Shown: in pieces, positions 1 through 12,629 of the stretch | How the letters are laid out: each line of letters begins with the position of its first letter | Numbering within the stretch: the stretch's first letter is position 1 | Origin: Octopus vulgaris | Taxonomy: Eukaryota | NCBI GenBank assembly: GCA_951406725.2 | Contig: OX597814.1 | Location: forward strand, 199,020,001 to 199,084,000 | Length of the DNA stretch: 64,000 nt | Direction: 5' to 3' | Position numbers and translations under genes: made by a program | Notes under the pieces: generated by a model | The model's input: the letters and a program-made list of their open reading frames with translations, nothing else | The model's database searches: none | Told to the model about the DNA's origin: nothing

Positions 1-104
1 ATAAATCCTAGGAACAAATATTGACAGTGGGTGGATTGCGCGTTGAGAATTCCTACTTCACCGTCGACCATTCTGATGTAAGTCAGGTTCGGAGTAAAAA
101 TAAG

Positions 105-176
<72 letters not shown>

Positions 177-200
177 TCCACAAAATACAACGAAGAACAT

Positions 201-412
201 TCTTTTACTTGTTTCAGTCATTTGACTGTGGCCATGCTGGAGCACCGCCTTTTGTCGAACAAATCGATCCCAGGACTTTTTGTTTGTAAGCCTAGTACTT
301 ATTCTATCGGTCTCTTTTGCCGAACCGCTAAGTTACGGGGACGTAAACACAACAGCATCGGTGGTCAAGCGATGTTGGCGGGACAAACGCAGACACACAC
401 ACACAAAAACAC
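201..412 (-). mobile_element. SINE family B, 3' half
   Basis: Reverse complement of the ...ggcggtgctccagcatggccgcagtcaaatgactgaaacaagtaaaaga tail seen in full copies such as 56800-57190. Confidence 0.9.
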
Positions 413-425
413 CACCATTTATTGA

Positions 426-468
<43 letters not shown>

Positions 469-630
469 GTGTGTGTGATTGTGTATAGAAGAATATATTA
501 ATAAAAAGAATTCCAACCTTGTCTGATTTTCACGTTTTATTTACAATCTTATAATGATATATTATAAGATAATATATTATAATTGAATAAAATAAAATGA
601 AATAGTAGAATGTTAAATATTCATTCTGAT

Positions 631-675
631 TGAACTAGTACTTTCATGCATTGAATTCTGCAATCTTCGGGTTCA
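631..675 (-). ncRNA. Minimal type-I hammerhead ribozyme motif in the sense pLTR
   Basis: UGAAC-CCGAAGA-UUGCA(gaauucaa)UGCAU-GAAA-GUAC-UA-GUUCA: 5-bp stem I, palindromic stem III, U4C core variant. Confidence 0.7.
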
Positions 676-738
676 TGTAGTAGTGTTGACAGTCATGCTT
701 CACAATTTTTGACTGTAGCAAGATGAGTGATTCTGTGC

Positions 739-852
739 TATAAATACAGCTGGGTAGGCTCCAGAGTGCTAGGTTTTGCAAACTGTATTCTGACCAATCA
801 GTGTGTAGTATCACTCAATTACTTAAGCTGATTGGTTGGTTGAGCTGATTGG
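739..852 (-). promoter_or_regulatory. Putative pLTR Pol II promoter (CCAAT boxes plus TATA-like element)
   Basis: CCAAT/ATTGG at 794, 831 and 848. TATTTATA (sense) at 746-739, about 65 nt upstream of the HHR. Confidence 0.4.
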
Positions 853-1169
853 TTTAGGCATCACGCTTTGTTGGACAGGTCAAGAGTCCTGTATCTTGAC
901 CCTGGCCGAAGCAGCAATTGTTGGGTTATTTTTAGAAATGTTGTAAATATCCTTTGTCAGAGATTTTTATATTTTTATATTTCAATTGTCATCATCATCA
1001 TTGTCAGCACCTTAATTATTGTTGCTAGTGGTGATGGTGGTGGCAATAGAACTTTTAACCCTAAATAAGATAATTTTCCTGCTATCTTCGTCTTGATCAC
1101 CTTTAGTATTGTTGTTGTTGTTAGTGGTCATGGTCGTAGCAGTGGAAGTAATACCTCTAAGTATTATTA

Positions 1170-1737
1170 TTATTGCTTATTTAGCTTGGGTTCGAATTTA
1201 TCAATAAAATTCTTTTCTCTGATTTTCCTCTCGATTTCACTTGGGCTGTGTAATTTGTAGAATGGAAATATTATATATATTTTCCGACCACATGTTGCTA
1301 GGTGGTTACTCAAAGGTATCTGACGGACCTCTGGGTCTCTAATCTGTTGCCGGTGTACACGTGAGCGTTCTAATAGTGCGTTTCCCGTCTGACCTACATA
1401 TATTTCTTCACAATTTGGGCATTTGATGCAGTAAATTAAATTTCTGCTTTTGCAGTTCATATTCGCGTTTGTGAATATTTTCCCGGTTTTTGTGTTTATA
1501 TATTGACCGGTATGTATGAATTGGCATGTGCCACATCGGCTATCATTGCATTTAGATACCGTGAATGTTTGGTCTTTGTTGCTGAGGTCAAATTTTGCCT
1601 TTGTTAGTAATGTTTTCAAGTTTTTAGACTGTCTTTTACTAAGCACCATAGCTCGATCCTTGATTATGTCTTTTAATTCATTACTTTGGGCAATGATTGG
1701 TAGGTTTGCTTTGGCAATGTTGAAGATATTCTTATTT
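1170..1737 (-). pseudogene. C-terminal PLE ORF fragment: Cys-rich linker plus GIY-YIG endonuclease (RT domain missing)
   Basis: Open frame containing CNDSRCGTC, CKSRNLIYCIKCPNC, YVGQT, R..HRQ, HLATC and RE..FI.KF.PKLN. The first about 17 codons of the called ORF (1781-1730) come from the inverted arm, so its start is not real. Confidence 0.9.
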
Positions 1738-2123
1738 AGGGTTAAAAGTTCTATTGCCACCACCATCACCACTAGCAACAATAATTAAGGTGCTGACAAT
1801 GATGATGATGACAATTGAAATATAAAAATATAAAATCTCTGACAAAGGATATTTACAACATTTCTAAAAATAACCCAACAATTGCTGCTTCGGCCAGGGT
1901 CAAGATACAGGACTCTTGACCTGTCCAACAAAGCGTGATGCCTAAACCAATCAGCTCAACCAACCAATCAGCTTAAGTAATTGAGTGATACTACACACTG
2001 ATTGGTCAGAATACAGTTTGCAAAACCTAGCACTCTGGAGCCTACCCAGCTGTATTTATAGCACAGAATCACTCATCTTGCTACAGTCAAAAATTGTGAA
2101 GCATGACTGTCAACACTACTACA

Positions 2124-2168
2124 TGAACCCGAAGATTGCAGAATTCAATGCATGAAAGTACTAGTTCA
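2124..2168 (+). ncRNA. Mirror copy of the pLTR hammerhead motif
   Basis: Exact reverse complement of 631-675. Confidence 0.7.
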
Positions 2169-2297
2169 ATCAGAATGAATATTTAACATTCTACTATTTC
2201 ATTTTATTTTATTCAATTATAATATATTATCTTATAATATATCATTATAAGATTGTAAATAAAACGTGAAAATCAGACAAGGTTGGAATTCTTTTTA

Positions 2298-2335
<38 letters not shown>

Positions 2336-2338
<3 letters not shown>

Positions 2339-2500
2339 GACGTGCATCTTTCAGTTTCCGTCTACCATATCCAGTCACAAGGCTTTGGTCGGCCCGAGAC
2401 TATAGTAGAAGACACTTGCCCAAGGTCCCACGCAGTGGGACTGAACCCGGAACTATGTGGTTTGTAAGCAAGCTACTTACTACATAACCACTCCTACGCA
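2336..2500 (-). mobile_element. SINE family B, 5' half
   Basis: Reverse complement of the head gcgcaggagtggctgtgtggtaag...accttgggcaagtgtcttct...gtcgtata. Confidence 0.9.
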
Positions 2501-2575
2501 TTGTTTATAAAGAAATTTTTCCTATAATAATTTCCTATAACTTTCCAGCTTGGTAACGTTTATTCAATAAAGGAT

Positions 2576-2608
<33 letters not shown>

Positions 2609-2805
2609 AACTGAGACATACATACAAAGAGACGCATGCACAAATATCGGTGTATTGCTTAGAGCCAGCTCTAATTTGCCTGGACTCCACCTCCGTCTAT
2701 TGGACGCAAGATATTTGCCACATTGTACGGACTGAGCGCTAATTGTCAGTATCTGTTATGCGTTTTTCTTTTGTTTTGATGTAATCATATCAATTACGTA
2801 CCTGC

Positions 2806-2818
2806 AAGTGTGTGTAAT

Positions 2819-2881
<63 letters not shown>

Positions 2882-2892
2882 GTATATGCATC

Positions 2893-2965
<73 letters not shown>

Positions 2966-3046
2966 ATATATATATATATATAAACACACACACATACACT
3001 TATATATACATATATGTAAGCATGTATGTGTGTATATGCATCTCTC

Positions 3047-3132
<86 letters not shown>

Positions 3133-3201
3133 TAGATAGAGAGAGATGCATATACACACATACATGCTTACATATATGTATATATAAGTGTATGTGTGTG
3201 T

Positions 3202-3249
<48 letters not shown>

Positions 3250-3387
3250 GTATATATAAGTGTATGTGTGTGTATTTATATACATACATATATATATGTC
3301 ATATATGTATGTCATATATGTCTATATATATATATATACATATATATATGTATATATACCCACATGAAAACAAATACACACATACAA

Positions 3388-3458
<71 letters not shown>

Positions 3459-3565
3459 CCCACATGAAAACAAATACACACATACAAACATATATATATA
3501 TATGTATATATATATGTGTGTGTGTGTATATATATACCCACATGCAAACATATATATATATATAT
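2806..3565. repeat. Compound (TG)/(TA)/(TCTA) microsatellite with local inverted and direct duplications
   Basis: About 2982-3050 is inverted at about 3135-3205. acccacatgaaaacaaatacaca occurs at about 3357 and 3457. Confidence 0.9.
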
Positions 3566-4019
3566 CACCCTGCACTGCTGACACTGTACATTCTTTGAAA
3601 ATATACACAGAAGAAATAAAAGTGATTACAAGACATAAATCATTTGCAGTAATTACATAAATTGCTGCAATATTGGGTGGGGAATATTTCAAACAAATTT
3701 TAAAATTTACACAGTAAAATATTTCTTTACGTTACATAATTGTTTTATTTTTGTATAATTTTGTGTATCTCCAACCATCTTCTAAATTACAAGCGTGCAA
3801 TACATTCCCGTGATTCGACTGTTTCTGAAGACCTGCAGGTTGTCAGCATGTTTTAAAAGAATTTTACGAAGATTTAACGAATCCGTGTGCAATTTTGCTT
3901 ATAAATATTTAGGTATCCATATATTTGTAATTATGTCCATGTACCTCTCTTGCACTGTCTCTGCCTTTCTCTGCATACATGTATATACGTATATATGAAT
4001 AAAAATGTGTATGTATATA

Positions 4020-4575
<556 letters not shown>

Positions 4576-5248
4576 ATATTTTAAATATAGATGTAAATGC
4601 ATTGTGATATACATTTCATATCTTATGTATTAATTCTCTTGAGCTTATCTTTCTAAGTAATTTTCTTTGATAGAATTCCGTCAAGAAATACAAATTCCTG
4701 GCTGATAACCGCTATCAGTAATTGATATGGAAATATTTCGCGTGATGTCCGTGTGTATATGTGGCATTCTGTTGGCTTTTAATAACGGTATGTTTGAACC
4801 GTGTAAATGGAGATGCGTTCAAGACAAGCCTAATAGGCTTTCTATATCGACGATCTAATGGTTCTGAAGGTTTGCTAACAGGAAGTAACAGTAATTTAAT
4901 TTTGAGTGACATATATACTTGTGAGGTACTTCTGCATATGCGTGGGTGTACATTTCGTAATGTGTGTGATAATGATATCCTGTTATATCTCTATGCACGC
5001 ATGTATGTATGTATGCATGTATGTATGTATGTCATTATTCAGTTTATTTCGAGATTTCTTGCTAATAGAGAAAGAACTGGTTTCTAACCTAGATCCAAGG
5101 TTCCTTCATTGGAATTTCTACATCAACAACACGGTATTTGTGTTTGTATGCATGTATGTTTGTATGTATGTATATGAAGATTTTTAAGTTTTATGTATGT
5201 ATTCTTAGGCATATAGTTACATATCCAAACTTGGTCATATATATATAA

Positions 5249-5383
5249 ATGATAAACTGGAAAGTTTTTCAGAATTTTACAGATCCAATGATGGATTGGA
5301 TCTGTAGTCTTCGAATTAGCTTTCTACTTTCTGGTTTTCAGAAACCTAATTTCTCAAGATTGGTATTTAGGCAACGTGCTACA
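5249..5383 (-). mobile_element. Dong/R4-type LINE 3' end fragment (restriction-like endonuclease tail)
   Basis: Homologous to 25640-25886 and 33624-33845. Minus strand reads ...CLNTNLEKLGF.KPESRKLIRRLQIQSIIGSVK... Abuts a (TATG)n array. Confidence 0.7.
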
Positions 5384-5466
5384 TGTATGTATGTATGTAT
5401 GTATGTATGTATGTATGTATGTATGTATGTATGTATGTATGTATGTATGTATGTATGTATGTATGT

Positions 5467-5510
<44 letters not shown>

Positions 5511-5568
5511 ACAAGTATATATGTATGTATACATATATATATTTATTTTTATCCCCTCAATTATCCCC

Positions 5569-5647
<79 letters not shown>

Positions 5648-5650
5648 CAC
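5384..5650. repeat. (TATG)n-(TG)n-(TCTA)n microsatellites
   Basis: Direct reading. Confidence 0.95.
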
Positions 5651-6054
5651 ATGTCTGTCTGTCTGTATGTATTATTCCACTTTATAATATATATGGCTCC
5701 AGTAAAATATCCTCGGCAGTGTGAATTTTGCTTTTTATATTAATAGCAATCTTTGTTTTCATTTCGTAAGTGCTTTCTGTAATTAGTCTTTCCAAAATGC
5801 TATTTTACTGACGTTGTCTTAAAGTGTTATAACAATTCCAAAATGTATTCATACCTTCGTAATAGATCGTGGTACGTTTTGTTTTTAAAATCATAGCCGC
5901 CGCCATGGTTGTTTGATCAAGTTCGCTTTTCAACTCAGCTGTTCAAGTTTGGTCTCACTGCAAGATAACTTGGATAGCTTTGACCAAACATAGTATTGAC
6001 TGGGCCATAGATTTCCAATGACGTTTGGTAAACAGAAATTATGTTCAGATATAA

Positions 6055-6578
6055 CCCCTTGACGCCGGTATTATCCGAAGCATGTGAGACACTGCTCCGG
6101 TTTTTTAATCCAATGAAGCCACACAGACACACAAATGCCAACGAGTTGGCGTCTATTTACGTTCACCGCTACAATAAATAACATAGCGTCGTATATTTAC
6201 GTCTACCGGTTTATGAAAACGAACTATGGGAAGTTATTTATCATAATATGATATGCACGAGTTATTCTACTCAAGTTCAAAAAATAGCTTGCGTGAGGTA
6301 TATCTCAAAACACGGTATTATGCATGTAAATATCCGCATGTCATTGGTCTACTGTTCGTCTCATGACTTGAACGTAACCTAAAATAGCTAAGATAATGCA
6401 TGGGATGGCGAGTGCGCGCACCTCAGGAGATAAAGTACACGATAGCGAACGTAAACATACGTCAGCCGCTAATAAGTCCGTGATAGATGTAGGGCAGCTC
6501 TACATCGTATATTTACGTTAACCGCGGCTAGGCAAGCAAAAGTGTGATCGCATATTTGCGTCAACCGTTGTCAAGGAG
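6055..6578. mobile_element. piggyBac-like non-autonomous element
   Basis: Imperfect TIRs ataa|ccccttgacgccgg ... ccgttgtcaaggag|ttaa (TTAA-type TSD) and repeated tatttacgt motifs near the ends. Confidence 0.6.
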
Positions 6579-7019
6579 TTAACAGTGAGACCGTCCTTTA
6601 TCTTGGACCCTAGACCTCTTCCTTTGCCCGTTTTAATGCTACTAACTCTTACGTAGAGTTGTGTCTGGGGAGAGTCATTTTCTTTTTGTGCCTTATAATT
6701 TAACACACTCACCGGTAAAATTTCCACTCATTTATTTATTTGTTTTTCAAACATTTTCGTTGCGTCTTGCAGCCTTTTCAGTAGTTATTGTCTCTGTCCG
6801 TTATTCAAGCTGCATTCTTTTTGTTTGTTTGTGCGCATATGCGTGGGACAGTGTGTGTGCGCATACACATGTATGTATGTCTGCATGTATATATGTATGT
6901 ATGCAAACATGTGTGTGCATTTGTATGTATGTGTACTGCATATTCATGTGCTTGAGTGTGTTTGTGTTCTTATGTGTGCGTGTATGTGTGTGTACCTCTG
7001 TCTCCTTGTGTGTGCATAG

Positions 7020-7411
7020 TTAAGTTAATTTTTTGGCTCAAAAAGCAAAAAGCAAGGCCATGTAGGGGGACATGGAGTTATGTACAGGGCGGGTGTTCAT
7101 GCAAAGAGTTCAGGCCATTTCTGGTCAAGAGAGACTTTGAACCGAGCGGTCATTGGCATCTTCACTATCTCGTCCGGCAGCTTATTCCACGGATCCGCAA
7201 CCCGGACGGAGAAAGTCCTCTCCTTCGATTGAGATGAAATCGTCGCAGATAGGTCTTTTCGGAGTGACCCCGCAGCCGACGCTCTGGAGCAGGAGTGAAG
7301 AACAGCTCTTTCGAGAGGTTACACTTTCCGCTTATGATGTTGTGAGCGAGAATGAGATCACCACGGCGTCGTCGTTTTTCTAGATAATAAAGGTCGAGCG
7401 TCTTCAGCCTT
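7020..7411 (-). mobile_element. CR1/L2-type LINE 3' end (ORF2 C-terminus plus 3' UTR)
   Basis: Minus strand reads LEKRRRRGDLI...RLRGHSEK...RR(frameshift)FSVRVADPWNKLPDEIV...FKVSLD, with the stop at 7099-7097. Confidence 0.85.
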
Positions 7412-8749
7412 GAGTGTGGCTCTGTGTGTGTATGGGTTTTGTGATTAGGTACTGTGTCTGTATGTGTGGACGTCTGTCTCCATATGTGTCCTTACCAGGC
7501 AAAAGAGTATGACTCTCCCATGACACAACGGAATATGCTTCAACACACGAACTCACACAAAGAATCTGGCAAACCAAATCCAAAAGCGACATCTTACGTA
7601 GAGCTTTTAGTAAAACTTACAATAGGGATTGTTGAGATGGTGCCATATTTCAGTAGTAGATAGACTAATGGTAGTGGTGGTGGTGGACGTTGTAGTGATG
7701 GTAGTAGTGGTTATGTTTATGATAGTAGTGATGGTAGAAGTGGTGGCATTGGTTGTGAAGGATGTGATGACTACCATCTGCTCTAACCCAGACACCCAGA
7801 GACCCTAATAATAGTCCTTTATAATCATTCCCTTTGTTTCTCTGACTTAGACCTGAAGGTACTTGAAAAAATAAAATAAAATAATGTGACCTCAGAGACT
7901 GTTTTTTAAATTTTGTGCACAATTAAGTTTTACTAAATGCAAGTGAAACAATATTCAGCTTAGAGATGAAATATTAGCCATAATATATATATAATTTTAT
8001 CACATTTTCGCAGGGAAACTTAAAATCATGTTTGTAAATATCAAAGACACGGGGGTCGTTTTACATTGAACTTTACATCAATTAATCTCGTGAGTTCTGA
8101 TACCACATTTATATAGAAAGGCAAACGTGATTGCACCAAGCAACTTAAGACAGGTTGTGAAAAGATATAAATAGTGAGATGTCTGAATTAAATTGAGAAG
8201 CACAGATCATGAAAGTTTTCTGATCAATGAAGATCGGCAAATCACCATCCATCTTATAACCTCTACAGCCACATTATTGATAGAAATTCTTATATAAATT
8301 GATGAGATTAAAAACACCCTCTTGTGTGATCAGAATATCTATTGATGATCTAATGTGGCTGGACGCACGCGATCGTTCTTGCAACTAGAAATAGCAACCA
8401 AATCATTTCCAAATTATACCCTGCCGTCTTAAAACAGGAGAAACGTTTATTTGATTAATAACCGTAGATATATGATGCCTGAGACAAAAACAAACGTGCT
8501 TTGTAATCATAAGTCTCGTAAATCAGATGCTGGCCAGAGATAAATGACGACATTGTGAATACTAATACAACGTTGAATCGTGTGGTCAGAGAATCACCCT
8601 GACGTACATTATATCTTTTTACGATAATTAATACGTATATTTTCGTATCCTAAATCTCGAAAATACCTGTAACCTAAACTAACATAAATCTTTCTGATGA
8701 TTAGATTGCCGTCGGCTTTTCGGGGTTCGGATCATTCTGAAAGTGAAAA

Positions 8750-8880
8750 CGTGTAGCCTAGTGGTTAAGGAGTTCCACTCACAAATCGCGAGATTGTGTT
8801 TTCGATTATCGGGTCGGGTGGAGCGTCGTGTTCTTGAGCAAAACACTTCATTTCTTGTTGCTCCAGTCCACTCAGCTGGA
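8750..8880 (+). mobile_element. tRNA-derived SINE head H1
   Basis: A/B-box-like gtagcctagtggttaag and ttcgatt, then gtgttcttgagcaaaacacttca. Matches 27432-27575. Confidence 0.75.
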
Positions 8881-8947
8881 GCAGCATGAAGTAATCCTGC
8901 AAAGTACTGGTGACAGTAATGTCCAAGGATGGGTTGGTGATGATAAC

Positions 8948-8982
<35 letters not shown>

Positions 8983-9075
8983 ATATACTAAAACAGAAAC
9001 ATATGTTTTATGATTGACTGGCAAATTTTGTAAGCCAATATATATTATAATTTAATATATATAATTCGATAAATT

Positions 9076-9330
9076 GGCAAGCTCGCAGATTCGTTAGCAG
9101 GCCGGGATAAATGCTAAGCCGTATTTCGTCTGCCATTACGTTCTGAGTTCAAATTACGCCGAGGTCGACTTTGCCTTTCATCCTTTTGGGGTAGATTAAA
9201 TAAGTACCAGTTACGCACTGGGGTCGATATAATTGATTTAATCCGTTTGTCTGTCCTTGTTTGTCCCTTCTGTGTTTAGTCCCTTGTGGGTAGTAAAGAA
9301 ATAGGTATTTCGTCCGTCTTTATATTCTGA
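9076..9330 (+). mobile_element. SINE family A
   Basis: Shared core gttctgagttcaaattccgccgaggtcgactttgcctttcatcctttcggggtcgat...aagtaccag. Confidence 0.9.
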
Positions 9331-10603
9331 CTTCCCGTTATTTGGCCAGTCAGTAATATATTTGAACTAAAGAAATGCAATAGAATTGGCGGAAACAAGC
9401 GGAACTGAAATGAAATTCGGTCGCCGCTCATAAAAATGCACTGGTTGCACTAACAACACTTTTAAATGTCTTCACACATTATTTTCACAGATTTATTTAT
9501 AATTGTTTTCAAATTCAAAGAATAAGTTACATATTAAATTCACATAGAATTATTCATAAATATAAATTTTTTTTGTGTGTGTGTGCTAGTATTTGCACAG
9601 ATATTTGTGGATATTGCTTGCATAAAAAGTAAATCTTTCTTTACAAACAATTTCATTAATATTTCTTTGTTGTAATTGCTACGTGTAATTGAATTATTCT
9701 CTAAGTGAAAGAAGATATCACCTTTAGGAATTTCAAATATAATGATTATTAATATAACAAAGCATAATTCATTTTCCTACCAATTTTGTAAATATTTAGG
9801 AAAGTATAGCTAATATTTTCCTTTCTTGCCTTTTGTTTTTGTTTGATAAATTATTCATTTATGTTTTAAATTTTAAGCCTATTTCAAAAGTGTTGATTAT
9901 AGACATTTAATACATGACTAATATCAATTGTATTAATTGAAGAATGTTTAAATAGAAAGCCAAATTGTGAAGTTAGAAATCAATATTTTAAAAAGAATAT
10001 CTACTCTAGCTTTTAAATACTTTATCAACTTGAACCCTTGTTTTCCCAATCTGGCTAAAATTTGCATAAATGAGTAATTGTTTTTACGTCTACATATTTG
10101 TTTTGCAAGACTCCTGATGTGAAATCGTGTGTTGAAACAGATGTTGTTGTATTTAGGAATGGTCATTATGCCAGTTGAGCCAATAAAACACACGAGGACA
10201 CAGAAGTGTGACGAAAGAACTCTGGCCGAAATAAGATTAAGATTAATGTAAAACATAAATAACGCTGACGCAAATTAACACCAAATATATACTGCATGTG
10301 TTTTTATTGGATAAACTGGCATAATGATCATTCCTAAATACAACAACAGTAATTGTTTTGTTTACTGATTTCTATATCGGAACAAACATTTTCGGTTTAG
10401 CTCTCAATACCCAGGGTATTCGTCCCCGTGGAGACCAAATCAGGTCGAATCTCTAGTGACTCGCTGCTGTTCTGAGCGAAGCCTTATGTCTTTGACAAAC
10501 AAGCTTCATTGAGATGGTTGTCTGCGACAAAATATATCTATAGCCGGTCCATATTTTTATGCACATTATGAATACTGTACATATCGGTATTTTTATCTAA
10601 AGC

Positions 10604-11022
10604 AAGGCGGCGAGTTGGCAGAAACGTTAGCACGCCGGGCGAAATGACTAGCGGTATTTCGTCTTCCGTTACGTTCTGAGTTAAAATTCCACCGAGGTCG
10701 ACTTAGCCCTTCATCCTTTCGGGGTCGATAAATTAAGTACCAGTTACGCACTGGAGTCGATGTAATCATCTTAATCCGTTTGTCTCTCCTTGTTTGTCCC
10801 CTCTGTGTTTAACCCCTTGTGGGTAGTACAGAAATAGTTATTTCGTCTGCCGCTCCGTTCTGAGTTCAAACTCCGCCGAGGTCGACTTTGCCTTTCATCC
10901 TTTCAGGGTCGATTAAATAAGTACCAGTTACGCACTGGGGTAGATATAATCGACTTAATCCGTTTGTCTCTCCTTGTTTGTCCCCTCTGTGTTTTTATTC
11001 CCTTGTGGGTAGTAAAGAAATA
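10604..11022 (+). mobile_element. SINE family A dimer (head plus two bodies) with 18-bp TSD
   Basis: TSD ggtatttttatctaaagc at 10586-10603 and 11023-11040. Confidence 0.9.
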
Positions 11023-11100
11023 GGTATTTTTATCTAAAGCTGCTTTAGATCCGTTTGTTTAAATTAGGAATAGACTAATTTTTTTTTTAATCTGTTACAG

Positions 11101-11204
11101 ACTATTGTAAAATAACGGTTGTAACTGTTATTTTCATGAAAACGTTCATAGGAATAGTGCCAACAAGATAGATTGAAGATCTTATCGGGAAGCTTTCGCA
11201 AAAG
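11101..11204 (+). other. Candidate non-coding exon
   Basis: gactaat branch-like motif, a T-run, acceptor ttacag| and donor aag|gtaaga. Stops in all three frames. Confidence 0.3.
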
Positions 11205-12629
11205 GTAAGATATTTAACGTTTGCTACATCATTATCACATCTAGAAAGTTAAGTCAGTGAATGGTGATTACTTTCCACATAAAAAGAAAATAGAAACATC
11301 ATAACAACAACCATTGGTAAACCTAGATTCTTGAAAGTTAGAAACTCGTCCAATGTTGATGAAATTGATTCATTTTGATTTTGATGTAGAAATGTATTTA
11401 AAAGAGTTTTGCTTTGCATTAGTAACATATTGGTACGTCTTTCTTACGGATGCTTCTTAAATGGATCTGAATAACTACAAGTATTTGTTGCCATGTAATG
11501 TTTAACTCCATTTAATTGATAGTGAGGCAGAAGCTGTCGACCTTTCATCATTTAATCTGTGGTATCATGCGTACAACAGACTGACATATTAACAACTGTT
11601 ATGTGTATAGAAATTCTATAAGAGAAATAATAAACTCGGCAATATATGAGTGATATATTGAAACCACGTTTCACTAAGTGATAATATATTCTAAAGGGTA
11701 TCTGGAAACATCATGTAGTTATATACTTGGGGGAAATATACAATTAACAGACAGTAATTCGTAAAGTGTTTAAACGAATTCCTTTCATAGTTTTATTCGT
11801 TACATTTAGAATAATTATAACGTTGTTGGTGTGGCGATTTATGGTTTGAAACCCTCTTATGGTTCGCTAATTACATTTTATGAAGGAAAATTTCATAAAG
11901 GTATAATGATTCTCATTTGGCGGTCTCGTAACTTTTAAAATTCTTTTCTTTTGGCATTGTGTTCAGCCATAATGCTGATTTGAAAATCTGCTATTTTCAT
12001 ATCTCAGCTTCAGACCTAATTTTCAACCAGGAAATTCAATATATTTCTTTTGGTTGGAGGAGATTTTTTGAACAACCAACAATTTTACACATAACTAATG
12101 GGTTGTCAGATAATTTCGTTTTTTTTTTTCCTACTACTTTTGGTCTACTTAGTACTTGATCGTCATATGTCTGGAAAGAAGTAAAATTTATTAAAATTTC
12201 AAAAACGAGAAATAAAATGTTGCAGATAAAAAATAGAGCTAAAAACACAGAAAATAGAACGAATATACAAAACACTACGATGAGAATATTTTTGGTGTTA
12301 GATAATATTGGAAATAATTGAAGTAAATGAAAACTAGAAAAGAACGAATTTATCTGATAAACGAGAAATGAAATATCGGTATGCTTTTCTCTGAACATCA
12401 TGTACTACATACTATCAACATTAAAAAAAAACTAGCGAAATCTGGATTAAACTAACAAGTATTGTATGATCGTTGTGTACGAGATAGTGTATGGTTAATG
12501 ACAAGAAGAAATATTTCATTCTATGTAAGCTATAGTTCATAGCTTCTCTAGTAACCAATATTACATATAAAGTAATAACGATATGGGGGAGAGATTACTG
12601 TGAAGGCGTTGATAATATTAAGGCAGATG

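Larger units (their letters stand above)
493..2307 (-). mobile_element. Penelope-like element, 5'-truncated, with inverted pLTR copy (fold-back)
   Basis: 493-1070 is the reverse complement of 1730-2307 apart from a 1-nt indel in an A/T run. The arms enclose a GIY-YIG ORF, each arm has an HHR motif, and (TA)n lies on both sides. Confidence 0.9.

Noticed and set aside
1738-1781. Hydrophobic N-terminus MLLVVMVVAI as a signal peptide of the GIY-YIG ORF
   Set aside because: It derives from the inverted pLTR arm, starts at TTG and is a junction artefact.
6755-6790. CTGAAAA-ggctgc..gcaac-GAAA on the minus strand as a hammerhead
   Set aside because: The core deviates and I could not identify stem I or a cleavage triplet.
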